Assembly: GCF_000803625.1 (NCBI RefSeq)
Contig: NZ_CP007496.1
Coordinates: 570,001-602,000, forward strand
Direction: 5' to 3'
Source of the DNA: Candidatus Nanosynbacter lyticus
GTDB lineage: Bacteria; Patescibacteriota; Saccharimonadia; Saccharimonadales; Saccharimonadaceae
Length of the DNA stretch: 32,000 bases
This document shows, piece after piece, positions 18,908 to 27,944 of the stretch (position 1 is its first letter; each line of letters opens with the position of its first letter). The position numbers and the translations under genes are program-made. Below the pieces are notes generated by a model. The model saw only the letters and a program-made list of their open reading frames with translations. It had not been told where the DNA came from and did no database searches.

Positions 18908-19909
18908 TTACCTATTTTTCAGATGTCGCTTTGCTTTAACGGTAACTCGCCGACCACGTGGCGTACGCTCAATGAAGCCAATTTGCAGCAAATACGGCTC
19001 GTAAAAATCCTCAATCGTCGTCGCTTCGTCACCAGTCAGAGCGGCAATGGTCGTTAGCCCCACGGGATTATCACCATAATTTTCCAGGATTGATTGCAGT
19101 AAATTACGGTCAGCTGGGTCTAATCCCAGCTCGTCTACTTCCAACATTTCCAAGGCGCTCGCTGTTGTTTTTACATCAATTATGCCATCGCCGTTCACAT
19201 CGGCATAATCGCGTACGCGCTTGAGCAGACGGTTGGCGATGCGCGGCGTCAAGCGAGCCCGCGTCGACAACAAGTTCGCTGCTTCATGCCGAATCGATGA
19301 CTCCAGGATGGCTGCACTCCGCGTCACAATTTTAGCGATGTCCTCTGGCTCATAAAATTCCAATCGATAAATATGTCCAAATCGATCACGCAGCGGCGCT
19401 GCCAGACTACCCGTCCGCGTTGTTGCGCCGATGACCGTAAATCGCGGCAGATCTAACCGAATCGACCGAGCCGCCGGCCCTTTGCCGATGACGATATCCA
19501 GCTTGAAATCTTCCATGGCCGAATATAAAATCTCTTCCACCGCCCGACCGAGCCGATGAATTTCATCAATGAACAAAATATCGCCGTCAGCCAAATTGGT
19601 CAAAATTGACGCCAAATCGCCAGCTTTTTCAATGGCTGGGCCGCTTGTAATACGCAAATTTGTCCCCATCTCATTGGCGATCACCGTCGCCATGGTTGTC
19701 TTACCCAGCCCTGGCGGGCCATAGAGCAACACATGATCCAGTGGCTCACTACGCTTCTTGGCTGCGTCAATCGCCAAGCGTAAGTTGCGCTTCAACCGCT
19801 CCTGACCAACATACTCGCTAAAACTCTGCGGACGTAAACTAACTTCAATCCGCTGCTCCTCGGCATCATCGCTATGTGAGCTAGTGTCGACTATTCTCTC
19901 AATTGCCAT
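18908..19909 (-). CDS. ruvB: Holliday junction branch migration helicase RuvB
   Basis: [66 protein letters not shown]. Confidence 0.97.
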   Translation of the reverse strand: MAIERIVDTSSHSDDAEEQRIEVSLRPQSFSEYVGQERLKRNLRLAIDAAKKRSEPLDHVLLYGPPGLGKTTMATVIANEMGTNLRITSGPAIEKAGDLASILTNLADGDILFIDEIHRLGRAVEEILYSAMEDFKLDIVIGKGPAARSIRLDLPRFTVIGATTRTGSLAAPLRDRFGHIYRLEFYEPEDIAKIVTRSAAILESSIRHEAANLLSTRARLTPRIANRLLKRVRDYADVNGDGIIDVKTTASALEMLEVDELGLDPADRNLLQSILENYGDNPVGLTTIAALTGDEATTIEDFYEPYLLQIGFIERTPRGRRVTVKAKRHLKNR

Positions 19910-19940
19910 ACACTAATTATATCATTTGTAGTACAATAGG

Positions 19941-20065
19941 GGTGTCTACATCTAGAGCCAAGCGTTTTGAACGCATTGTTTACGTGCATAATGGGCAGCC
20001 GTTATCGAGCGTAAACTTGCGTTCTAGGTGTAGACAGCCAAATTTAACGGCTGTCCTTTTTGTTG
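19941..20065 (+). ncRNA. Candidate structured leader RNA/riboswitch-like element or small RNA (unclassified)
   Basis: 12-bp helix TGTCTACATCTA/TAGGTGTAGACA (19943-19954/20025-20036), GAACGCA/TGCGTTC (19969-19975/20018-20024), GTTTACG/CGTAAAC (19978-19984/20010-20016), ATAATGG-GCAG-CCGTTAT (19988-20005), then a terminator. Pairings read by eye. Confidence 0.6.
20034..20063 (+). terminator. Intrinsic terminator ending the candidate leader RNA
   Basis: GACAGCC-AAATTTAAC-GGCTGTC followed by CTTTTTGTT. The 5' arm overlaps the 3' arm of the long outer helix. Confidence 0.7.
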
Positions 20066-20091
20066 GACGGCACATCTCATAGGAGGGGACG

Positions 20092-20640
20092 ATGAATACA
20101 AGCGAGAAAAAACCAGTTTTTAAAAAGGCTTGGTTTTGGGTAATTATTGTTATCATTGCGATTGGAGCATACAGCGCATCGCAACAGAACAAAGCCACTG
20201 TCGTCAATACAAACAATAATAACGCTACTTCGGAAAATAAACCAACCGAAAAGACCACTTTCAAAGTTGGCGAAACTATCGCTTTTGATGGCAAGGAAGT
20301 AACAATCAAGTCAATTGATCGCAATTGGGACTCTGGCAATCAATTCATTAAAGCTAGCGATGGCAAAGAATATATTAAAGCAAATGTTTCAATCGTTAAC
20401 AAATCAAATAGAGAATTATCTTTCAACACATTTGATTGGAAAGTTGAAGATGCAAACGGTGCCATTGAAGGACCAAGTGGTACAGCCTTCACTGCAAGTG
20501 ATAGCCTGGGGTCTGGCAACTTGGCAGTCAATGGTAAAAAAGAGGGTTCTGTTATTTTTGAGGTTGCAAAAGACTCAAAAATTAAAATTCATTACCAACC
20601 ATCGTTCTGGTCAAATAAGAAAATTATTATTGAACCATAA
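20092..20640 (+). CDS. Membrane-anchored/secreted protein with DUF4352-like (telokin-like) domain
   Basis: N-terminal TM, Asn/Thr-rich linker, then FKVGETIAFDGKEVTIKSIDRN...YIKANVSIVNKSNRELSFN. SD AGGAGGGG upstream. Confidence 0.7.
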   Translation: MNTSEKKPVFKKAWFWVIIVIIAIGAYSASQQNKATVVNTNNNNATSENKPTEKTTFKVGETIAFDGKEVTIKSIDRNWDSGNQFIKASDGKEYIKANVSIVNKSNRELSFNTFDWKVEDANGAIEGPSGTAFTASDSLGSGNLAVNGKKEGSVIFEVAKDSKIKIHYQPSFWSNKKIIIEP

Positions 20641-20660
20641 AAAATCTAATTAACATTATG

Positions 20661-20688
20661 AGGACGCTATGCCTTTAGCGTCCTTTTC
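20661..20688 (+). terminator. Intrinsic terminator
   Basis: Perfect 9-bp stem AGGACGCTA-TGCCTT-TAGCGTCCT followed by TTTCT. Confidence 0.8.
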
Positions 20689-20696
20689 TATATTTA

Positions 20697-21272
20697 CTAT
20701 CGCTTCAATGCCTCAGTCACCCGCTGTGCTGTTGGCAGATTGACATCAACATTTTCCAGTGCTTTAGTAGCATCAGCCAAAGTGTAGCCTAACGCCATTA
20801 ACGCTTCCAGTGCCTCGTCAGAGGTGTTTAGTTCAGTCTGAACTGGTGCATCCGCTTGGCCATATTGTGTTGGCAGGCCAACTTTATCACTCAAATCAAC
20901 CACCACCCGCTCGGCAGTTTTTTTACCGACGCCAGCAGCTTTTTGCACAAACGCACTGTCGGCGTTAGCAATGGCGTTACGCACCTGCTCCGCGTCGCCG
21001 AGACTAAGAATCGCTAATGCGGCTTTTGGACCAACACCCTGAACCGTGATGAGCATTTCAAACATTTTCTTTGCTGCTAGACTTGAAAAACCAAACAACT
21101 CTTCCGCCTGCTCACGAACATGATGATAGGTATAAAACTTGACATCCTGGTCCAGCACCACCGCGTCAAAATCACCAGCCGCCACGCTAACTTCATAGCC
21201 AACGCCGTGAACGTCAATCACCAATGACCCATTAAATTTCTCGGCAACTTTTCCAAAAACATGTGCAATCAT
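20697..21272 (-). CDS. ruvA: Holliday junction branch migration protein RuvA
   Basis: MIAHVFGKVAEKFNGSLVIDVHGVGYEVSV and VQGVGPKAALAIL...AAGVGKKTAERVVVDLSDKVG (HhH motifs). Confidence 0.95.
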   Translation of the reverse strand: MIAHVFGKVAEKFNGSLVIDVHGVGYEVSVAAGDFDAVVLDQDVKFYTYHHVREQAEELFGFSSLAAKKMFEMLITVQGVGPKAALAILSLGDAEQVRNAIANADSAFVQKAAGVGKKTAERVVVDLSDKVGLPTQYGQADAPVQTELNTSDEALEALMALGYTLADATKALENVDVNLPTAQRVTEALKR

Positions 21273-21279
21273 AATTCAA

Positions 21280-21753
21280 TTATACCCGATTCATCGCTGC
21301 GTGGGTAATTGCCGCCGCCAGAGCATCAGCACAATCATCTGGTTTTGGCACATCCTTTAGTCCCAAGTTTAAGCGCACCATTTCCTGGACTTGCTTTTTA
21401 TCAGCCTTGCCATAGCCCGTCAACGTCTGTTTGATCTGTAGCGGCGTATATTCGGCAATCGGCAGCCCTGCCTTTCGGCCCGTCAACATCGCCACGCCAC
21501 GCGCTTCTGCCACGGAAATTGCCGTCGTCACGTTACGCGCAAAAAACAATTTTTCAATCGACATCACATCAGGCTTAGTCTCTGTAATAATCTCCGTCAA
21601 ACTGTCAAAAATCTCCTCCAGCCGCTCATCAATCGGCGTATGAGCTGGTGTTCTGACGACACCCGCAGTGACCAGCTTGAACTTACCGCCCGAAAAATCA
21701 ATCACACCAAAGCCCAAAATACCTGTGCCTGGATCGATACCAATAATTCTCAT
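21280..21753 (-). CDS. ruvC: Crossover junction endodeoxyribonuclease RuvC
   Basis: MRIIGIDPGTGILGFGVID, MSIEKLFFARN, YTPLQIKQTLTGYGKADKKQVQEMV, PDDCADALAAAITH. Confidence 0.96.
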   Translation of the reverse strand: MRIIGIDPGTGILGFGVIDFSGGKFKLVTAGVVRTPAHTPIDERLEEIFDSLTEIITETKPDVMSIEKLFFARNVTTAISVAEARGVAMLTGRKAGLPIAEYTPLQIKQTLTGYGKADKKQVQEMVRLNLGLKDVPKPDDCADALAAAITHAAMNRV

Positions 21754-21794
21754 GGTATGTATTATAGCAATGATTTGACTACTCGGTCACTAAC

Positions 21795-23531
21795 TCATCG
21801 CCGCAATCGTCGTATCAATTGCGACAGCTCCCATCGCCACTGCCACGCACCGTAGCCTACCGCCAATAAGCCAACGCCACCAAATACCCACCAACCCCAG
21901 GTCGCGCCAGCAACGCGCTGAACACCCGCTGTCGCTGAACCAACAACTGGTATGCTGGCGGTTTTTATCTTCCGACAACGCCGAGTGGTTGGATTGCGCT
22001 CAAAACCTTCCGGGCAGTCTTTTAGGATATCATCGGCAGCGGCAATTTTCTTACAACGACCAGTTGCTGGGTTGCGAAATTGACCATCAGGACAGGGCTT
22101 CAAGGTTTTAGCAGCAGCCGAGGCAATTGAGCGACAGCGACCAGTTTCCTCACTGCGGTAGTATCCTTCTTTGCATGGCGTTACGGTTTTTGCTGCTTCG
22201 ATTTTCCGACAGCGACGCGTTTCAGGATGCCGATATTGACCAGCTGGACACGGCGCCAACACATCAGACACAGTAGGCGGCGTTGGAATTTTCAAGCATT
22301 TACCCGACTCATTACGCATATAGCCAGCCTGGCAATCTGCATATTCCTTCAACACATTGGCAGCACCCTCAGTCACCGCAAACGTTTGGACCCATTCACC
22401 GTCAAGCAAACTCCAGGAGGCGCCCTTTGGCATTTTGTCATATTCAGTGGCGTCAATTTCCGCGCCAGCCTCGTCCAGGACATACACCTTACCCTTCATT
22501 TTTGGCAATTTTAATTTCGTATGTTTCACCTTAACCGCCCACAACTCGCCAGACTTCAGTTCAATATCACCAAGTACTTCTTGTGAATTATTACTGCTAG
22601 TCTCCAACTTACAGCCAGCTGTCGTGATGGCCTTGTCGCTCACATTCACTAGTTCGATGAACGGCTCGTCAACATGAGAGGCAACTTCATTCAGCTTCAA
22701 ACCTTCACACTTATTCAGTGGTTTTGGTGACTCAGGAGTTTTGCAATGCGGACGTGCGTATGGCGCAACTTCCTGATCATCAGCTGTTTTGTTTGATGAA
22801 AAGTCAGCCAGATTATTTTTCGAATCAACGATGAGCTTACCAGCAAAACAGCGCCAGATAGTTTTGACACCACCAGCTACCGGTGCACCCAAAAATTTCT
22901 TTGCCTCACCCCAGCCAACAACATCGGCAGTTGACCCGTCAGATCGCGACAACACCACTGACCCTTCACCCTGAATCATATTCGGTACCTTATCAAACTT
23001 CACCGCTTTTGTTAGTGTCGGATCATTTGAAATCACCAAAAAGTCATTGGCTAAAATAACCTCATTTTTAAACTCTTTTCCACCAGTCTTTACATCAGCC
23101 TTATAGTGTTCAATTTTCCAACCCGCTAGCTTCACATTACTGTCTGTTGGATTATACAGCTCAATATATTTCTTGTCGGGGCTAACTTTTGAGATCAACA
23201 ATGGCGCTGTTTTTTCGAGTGCTTCGTCAGTTATTGGTGCTGGCTGAGAGATTGGGTGTGCTGGCTCGGCAGCTGGCGGATTAGGTTGTGCTACCGGTTT
23301 TGCAGTTGGTTGCTCGTCAGCTGGGTTTGGCTCTGGTTGGGACGAAGGCGCAGTAGCAGCTGAGTTGGGGCTGGATGGTAATATGTCGTTTGCTGGTGTC
23401 TCAGTCGTCTGTGATATGTCACCGCCAGATGCCGCCTCAGCTCCCGCATTAGCAACCGCCAAAACTGACGGCGACGGCATGATCAATGCCGCGATTAGTG
23501 TCATAAGTAGTGTGTTACGCAAATATTTCAT
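21795..23531 (-). CDS. Large surface/secreted protein with lamin-tail-like domains, Cys-rich repeats and C-terminal membrane anchor
   Basis: Signal-like N-terminus, Pro/Ala/Thr-rich linker, two lamin-tail-like segments (KISPDKKYIELYNPTDSNVKLAGWKIEHY; LKLNEVASHVDEPFIELVNVSD), five Cys repeats, TM, then RRLRR. Confidence 0.8.
   Translation of the reverse strand: MKYLRNTLLMTLIAALIMPSPSVLAVANAGAEAASGGDISQTTETPANDILPSSPNSAATAPSSQPEPNPADEQPTAKPVAQPNPPAAEPAHPISQPAPITDEALEKTAPLLISKVSPDKKYIELYNPTDSNVKLAGWKIEHYKADVKTGGKEFKNEVILANDFLVISNDPTLTKAVKFDKVPNMIQGEGSVVLSRSDGSTADVVGWGEAKKFLGAPVAGGVKTIWRCFAGKLIVDSKNNLADFSSNKTADDQEVAPYARPHCKTPESPKPLNKCEGLKLNEVASHVDEPFIELVNVSDKAITTAGCKLETSSNNSQEVLGDIELKSGELWAVKVKHTKLKLPKMKGKVYVLDEAGAEIDATEYDKMPKGASWSLLDGEWVQTFAVTEGAANVLKEYADCQAGYMRNESGKCLKIPTPPTVSDVLAPCPAGQYRHPETRRCRKIEAAKTVTPCKEGYYRSEETGRCRSIASAAAKTLKPCPDGQFRNPATGRCKKIAAADDILKDCPEGFERNPTTRRCRKIKTASIPVVGSATAGVQRVAGATWGWWVFGGVGLLAVGYGAWQWRWELSQLIRRLRR
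21957..22334 (-). repeat. Five tandem/near-tandem protein-coding Cys repeats (CxxGxxRxxxTxRCxxI-like)
   Basis: CQAGYMRNESGKCLKI / CPAGQYRHPETRRCRKI / CKEGYYRSEETGRCRSI / CPDGQFRNPATGRCKKI / CPEGFERNPTTRRCRKI. Confidence 0.85.
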
Positions 23532-23584
23532 GCTCGCTCCTTGCTTATGGTTAACTAACTCTTAGTGTAGCGTACTTTTCGCCA

Positions 23585-23619
23585 AAATAAAAACCACTCC
23601 AAAAAAGGAGCGATTTTTT
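23585..23619 (-). terminator. Probable intrinsic terminator downstream of yebC
   Basis: Minus strand CGCTCC-TTTTTT-GGAGTGG followed by TTTTTATTTTGG. The stem is short with one mismatch. Confidence 0.5.
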
Positions 23620-23632
23620 CTGACATTAATTT

Positions 23633-24349
23633 TTATTCCGCAGTAATATCGGCATTGGTGTGTACATTCACCACATCATCCAGGTCATCCAGTGCATCAA
23701 TAACTTTCATTAATTTCTGTGCGGTTTCTGAATCTGCAATCTCAATTGGCGTATTAACAATATAGCGCAGCTCGGCGTCTTTTACTTTCAATCCCTGCTC
23801 GACCAATTTATTCCTAACACTCGCCAAATCCTTCAACTCCGTGTAAATAATGATTTCGCCGTCTTCTTCGACCGCATCTTCAGCGCCAGCATCCAGCACT
23901 TGCAGGAGCAATTCCTCGCCCGTGCCTTCCACAGTGATTACCCCCTTGCGGGTAAACTGAAACGCCACACTGCCGGCGTCAGCGATTCGCCCGCCGTTTT
24001 TCACCAACGCCGTTTTTACTTCTGGCAAGGTGCGATTACGATTATCGGTCGCTGTTTCAATGATAATGCCGACGCCGCCCGGGCCGTAACCTTCATAGGT
24101 AATTTCCTCCAGTGCCGCCGCGCTCTTATCCGCCACGCGGTCGATTGCTCGCTGAATGTTAGAACTTGGCATGTTGGCCGCCTTAGCTTTTTCAATCGCC
24201 ATCGCCAAACTTGAGTTTAAGGATGGGTCTGTACCGCCACGTGCTGCAATCGCAATTTGATTACCCAACTTCGTGAAAATCGCGCCACGCTTTGCATCAA
24301 CAACTGCCTTCTGCCGGTGCGTCGTTGCCCATTTACTATGTCCTGACAT
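23633..24349 (-). CDS. yebC: YebC/PmpR family protein
   Basis: MSGHSKWATTHRQKAVVDAKRGAIFTKLGNQI, YGPGGVGIIIETATDNRNRT. Confidence 0.95.
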   Translation of the reverse strand: MSGHSKWATTHRQKAVVDAKRGAIFTKLGNQIAIAARGGTDPSLNSSLAMAIEKAKAANMPSSNIQRAIDRVADKSAAALEEITYEGYGPGGVGIIIETATDNRNRTLPEVKTALVKNGGRIADAGSVAFQFTRKGVITVEGTGEELLLQVLDAGAEDAVEEDGEIIIYTELKDLASVRNKLVEQGLKVKDAELRYIVNTPIEIADSETAQKLMKVIDALDDLDDVVNVHTNADITAE

Positions 24350-24396
24350 ACACTTCTCCTACCGTTTATCTATATTCAATCTGTTACTATTATACA

Positions 24397-25848
24397 CTAC
24401 TCAACAATATTTACCTTGCCAAGGTTTAGCTTGGTCTGCTTTTTCATCCACAACATGGCGCCAATCATCACCGCATACATCAAACCGCACTGCCACCAAG
24501 TAATATTTACTTCCATCTGCGCCCACTCCAGGCCGGCTAGCCAGTTGGCCGCCTGAATCATATAACCCAGCAGCCAGGTTGTCGGCAGGGCAATGGCCGC
24601 GCCAATCATCGGCACCATCGCCAGCACGCCTGACGCAAACGTCAGCAGCATCGCCAGCGGCACGAACGGCAAAATTAGCATATTAGCGATCAATGCTACA
24701 TTACTAACCACACCAAAGCTCATCATCAACAGTGGCAGTGTTACAATCTGTGCTGACAGCGTCTCAACCAGAATTTGCCGAAACGCACCAGGTTCTTTAT
24801 CGCCAAAGAAATACTTGTGCAGCAGCGGTGCCAGAATGATCACGCCCGTAAACGACGCAAAGCTCAGTTGCCAGCCCAAATCACCCCAGCCAAATTGCGG
24901 ATTGACCATCAGCGTAATCGCCGCCGAGACTGGCAGCAGCACCAGCGGATGAATCGTCCGCCCATAATACCAGACTGCCAAACTGAGTCCCGCCACCAGA
25001 CCAGCCCGCGACATGCTCGGACTCAAGCCTGTTACCGCCATAAAGCCAATAATCATCGTTGCCGCACTGAGCATTGCCAGATATTTTGACCGCTTGGCAA
25101 ATAACCGCCGCGCCAGGCGCACCAAAATTGTCAAATTGTAACCGCTAGCCACCACAATGTGCGTCAGTCCAGCAATCTTCAAATTATCGCTCAGCTCCGT
25201 CGGCATGGCTCGCCGTAACCCCAACAAAAATCCCAAACCCAGCGCTGACTCAGACTCTGTAATATGTTTGCGCACCCGCTCAGCAAACCAATCGCGCGCC
25301 CCAACCGCCACGTCACCAGGCACTGGACGCTCGACTCTAATGATTTTCGCCCGATACATACTCGCCGAAAAAGCGCCAAATCCGGTCGTTAATTTTCCTT
25401 GAGCTTGAACGATGTCGCTGCGTTTAATGGGACGCTTATCAGCCGTCACTACCCATAGTTGTCCTGCCAATTTCTCGCCATTGATCCGTAAATTACTCAA
25501 TCGCAACACCGTTTGCCCTTTCTTATCAATGTCGGGGTCTTCCAAAACACGACCTTGAATAGCGGCAGTTTTACCAATCAGCGAATCGTACACCTCCAAA
25601 CCGGCTCGACCCAGCTCACCACGCCACATCCCCGCCAAACCGCCAGAAATAATTGCAACAATCATCAGCACTCGCAACCGCCAAGCCATTACCACAGCCA
25701 TCAATCCTAGCCCAACCACCAAAGCCCACGCCTCAAACATCACCAACCGCGGCAAATAATGAATAGTAATGACGCCAACTGTCAGTCCCAAACACCACGC
25801 CGCCACCAACCAAGAAATATGAATTTTCTCAAATAAACGGCTATTCAT
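24397..25848 (-). CDS. comEC: ComEC/Rec2-type DNA uptake channel protein (competence domain)
   Basis: Multi-TM protein with GFLLGLRRAMPTELSDNLKIAGLTHIVVASGYNLTILV, SPSMSRAGLVAGLSL and NPQFGWGDLGWQLSFASFTGVI. Confidence 0.88.
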   Translation of the reverse strand: MNSRLFEKIHISWLVAAWCLGLTVGVITIHYLPRLVMFEAWALVVGLGLMAVVMAWRLRVLMIVAIISGGLAGMWRGELGRAGLEVYDSLIGKTAAIQGRVLEDPDIDKKGQTVLRLSNLRINGEKLAGQLWVVTADKRPIKRSDIVQAQGKLTTGFGAFSASMYRAKIIRVERPVPGDVAVGARDWFAERVRKHITESESALGLGFLLGLRRAMPTELSDNLKIAGLTHIVVASGYNLTILVRLARRLFAKRSKYLAMLSAATMIIGFMAVTGLSPSMSRAGLVAGLSLAVWYYGRTIHPLVLLPVSAAITLMVNPQFGWGDLGWQLSFASFTGVIILAPLLHKYFFGDKEPGAFRQILVETLSAQIVTLPLLMMSFGVVSNVALIANMLILPFVPLAMLLTFASGVLAMVPMIGAAIALPTTWLLGYMIQAANWLAGLEWAQMEVNITWWQCGLMYAVMIGAMLWMKKQTKLNLGKVNIVE

Positions 25849-25874
25849 ATTTAAAGTATAGCCAGATTATAGAT

Positions 25875-25899
25875 AAGAAAAAAGACTCCAAAAGGAGTC
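25875..25899 (-). terminator. Intrinsic terminator downstream of tRNA-Lys
   Basis: Minus strand GACTCC-TTTT-GGAGTC followed by TTTTTTC. Confidence 0.75.
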
Positions 25900-25910
25900 G
25901 ATTTCAAAAT

Positions 25911-25987
25911 TGGAGGGTCCACCGGGGCTTGAACCCGGGACACCCTGCTTAAAAGGCAGGTGCTCTAACCAGCTGAGCTATGGACCC
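25911..25987 (-). tRNA. tRNA-Lys (anticodon TTT), CCA encoded
   Basis: Reverse complement GGGTCCATAGCTCAGCTGGTTAGAGCACCTGCCTTTTAAGCAGGGTGTCCCGGGTTCAAGCCCCGGTGGACCCTCCA folds as a cloverleaf; anticodon loop CTTTTAA. Confidence 0.96.
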
Positions 25988-26034
25988 AATCGGAATATCC
26001 GCTTCTTTCATCCTATCACAAATCAATTAAAATA

Positions 26035-26514
26035 TCAATGCTTGCCAGGCTTATGCCCGCCAGTATGTAACATGAATAAGTCAATTACACCACACACCAA
26101 CCCCAGTGTAGCAATATAACGCCAGTTATTAGCAAATATTTTATACAAATCTAGAGCCTGCCCGTCCAGCGATACATATTTTCCCAGCGGTACAACAAGC
26201 AGCGAGGCGGTTAAAAAGGCAATTGCCACCGCAGAAATAATCTTTTCGTGTTTACATTGATATCTCGGTCCGCCCAGCAGTAGCGCAAATAGTGGAATCA
26301 ACGTCAAGGTCAATGCCGCAATCACACCATTTGGCAACCAACTAACCGCCAACTTTAATCCGTCCAGCAACCCAGTCAGCCAGCTTGCCCACCACTCCGA
26401 TAACAAAAATCCTGCCGCTAGTGATAAAGCCAACGGACCGAATCGACGAGACGATACAAACGCAATCGTAAAAACTATCGCTAAAATTGCCCCGAATAAA
26501 ATTATTACGCTCAT
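26035..26514 (-). CDS. Hypothetical membrane protein
   Basis: 159 aa, about four hydrophobic segments; overlaps the start region of the neighbouring DUF192 gene operon. Confidence 0.6.
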   Translation of the reverse strand: MSVIILFGAILAIVFTIAFVSSRRFGPLALSLAAGFLLSEWWASWLTGLLDGLKLAVSWLPNGVIAALTLTLIPLFALLLGGPRYQCKHEKIISAVAIAFLTASLLVVPLGKYVSLDGQALDLYKIFANNWRYIATLGLVCGVIDLFMLHTGGHKPGKH

Positions 26515-27002
26515 TTATTATCCTCCAAATCAAATTTTACTACCGAGCCTACTGTCGCGCTCGCTCTCTTAGCAATACCAGCCTTTACCTCTAAGACGTA
26601 TTTTGCAGGGACTGGTGGTTTATATTTTTCATAAGGCTCAGCATCCGGCTTAACATTATGCTGCACATGGACAATGCGTTTTTTCTCATTAATCCAAATG
26701 ATGTCTACCGAAAATTTCATATCTTTCATCCACATTTGATGGCGGTCAACACTATCAAATACAAACAGCATCGCATAATTATCCTCTATTCCTAACCGAT
26801 CAGCTAAACCCTTTCGACGCGAATCTTCATTGTCAGCAATCTCCGCACGAAGCATTGTCTTATTTAAATAAACAATCTCCGTTTTTGGCGACACCGATTG
26901 AAATACACAAAAAACCGCGCCACCAATAACAGCCAGTATGCCACAAACAAAAAACCATTTAATAGCAGTCTGGATTGCTGTTAGATGACGAGATTCGTCC
27001 AT
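26511..27002 (-). CDS. DUF192 family protein with N-terminal membrane anchor
   Basis: RAEIADNEDSRRKGLADRLGIEDNYAMLFVFDSVDRHQMWMKDMKFSVDIIWINEKKRIVHV matches the DUF192 pattern. Confidence 0.85.
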   Translation of the reverse strand: MDESRHLTAIQTAIKWFFVCGILAVIGGAVFCVFQSVSPKTEIVYLNKTMLRAEIADNEDSRRKGLADRLGIEDNYAMLFVFDSVDRHQMWMKDMKFSVDIIWINEKKRIVHVQHNVKPDAEPYEKYKPPVPAKYVLEVKAGIAKRASATVGSVVKFDLEDNK

Positions 27003-27026
27003 AAACTTATTATAACAAGTTTATGC

Positions 27027-27944
27027 TTAAGCGCCGATTTTATCTTTTTTGTTGCCGCGCTTAGCGTTACGCTCAATATAATCAATTATTTTACCGGAAA
27101 TATTACGCCGCGTTATCTTCTCGATACCAAAGCCTGGGCTAGCATTCACCTCCAGAACCAAGGCGCCACGAATTGATCGCATAAAGTCGACACCAGCAAC
27201 CGTTAGACCCATCGCCTTAGCCGCCTTTACACACATCTTCCGTTCGGCGTCAGTCAATTTTATACTATTTCCCTCGCCACCCTTGTGAAGATTGCTACGA
27301 AAATCATCATCCAAACTCTGTCGTTTCATACTCGCTACCACTTGACTACCAACCACAAAAGCACGAATATCAGTTCCAGCTGACTCTTTAATAAACTCCT
27401 GCAACAACACGTTTGTGCCGTCAGAGTTAGTTAAATAAAACGCCTGAAGCACCGACTTGGCAGCCTTCTTTGTCTCAGCTAAGACGACACCGTTACCATG
27501 AGTGCCTCGCGCCAACTTAATAATCGCCGGCATACCGCCAATTTCTTCAATGAGTGAATCAATGTCAGTCGCGTTTCGAGAAAAGACCGTCTTCGGAATC
27601 GACACGCCCGCTTTAACTAATAACTGCGTTGAACGCAATTTATCCCGCGCCCTAGTAATCGCAATCGAGCGATTCATGAAAAACGCCTTCGGATACATCA
27701 TCTCTAATTGTCGCAAAACCGCCGTACCATATTTTGTCATGTGACTAGCAATTCGCGGAATCACCACATCAAACTCACCAATTTCTTTGCCTTTATAAAT
27801 AACCGTTGGGTGCTTTTCATCAATCGAAACATAGCAGTTTTTATACTTAACAACTTTAACTTGATGTCCACGCTTTTCGGCTTCTTCTTTTAGGCGAAGA
27901 GTTGAATAATTAGTGTTGCCGTTAGATAAGATCGCAATTCGCAT
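27027..27944 (-). CDS. rimK: RimK-like ATP-grasp ligase (alpha-L-glutamate ligase family)
   Basis: PAIIKLARGTHGNGVVLAETKKAA, LLQEFIKESAGTDIRAFVVGSQVVASMKRQ, GVDFMRSIRGALVLEVNASPGFGIEKIT. Confidence 0.88.
   Translation of the reverse strand: MRIAILSNGNTNYSTLRLKEEAEKRGHQVKVVKYKNCYVSIDEKHPTVIYKGKEIGEFDVVIPRIASHMTKYGTAVLRQLEMMYPKAFFMNRSIAITRARDKLRSTQLLVKAGVSIPKTVFSRNATDIDSLIEEIGGMPAIIKLARGTHGNGVVLAETKKAAKSVLQAFYLTNSDGTNVLLQEFIKESAGTDIRAFVVGSQVVASMKRQSLDDDFRSNLHKGGEGNSIKLTDAERKMCVKAAKAMGLTVAGVDFMRSIRGALVLEVNASPGFGIEKITRRNISGKIIDYIERNAKRGNKKDKIGA

Noticed and set aside
19941-20065. Bacterial SRP RNA, T-box or tmRNA as identity for the structured RNA
   Set aside because: No SRP GGAAG...GCAGCC-type core loop, no T-box AGGGTGGNACCGCG, and no tRNA-like domain.
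22227-22677. Plus-strand ORFs antisense to the lamin-tail/Cys-repeat protein
   Set aside because: Shadow frames of a real gene, no start signals or recognisable domains.
24593-25402. Antisense ORFs over comEC (119, 105, 81 aa)
   Set aside because: Composition-driven open frames opposite an intact ComEC ORF.
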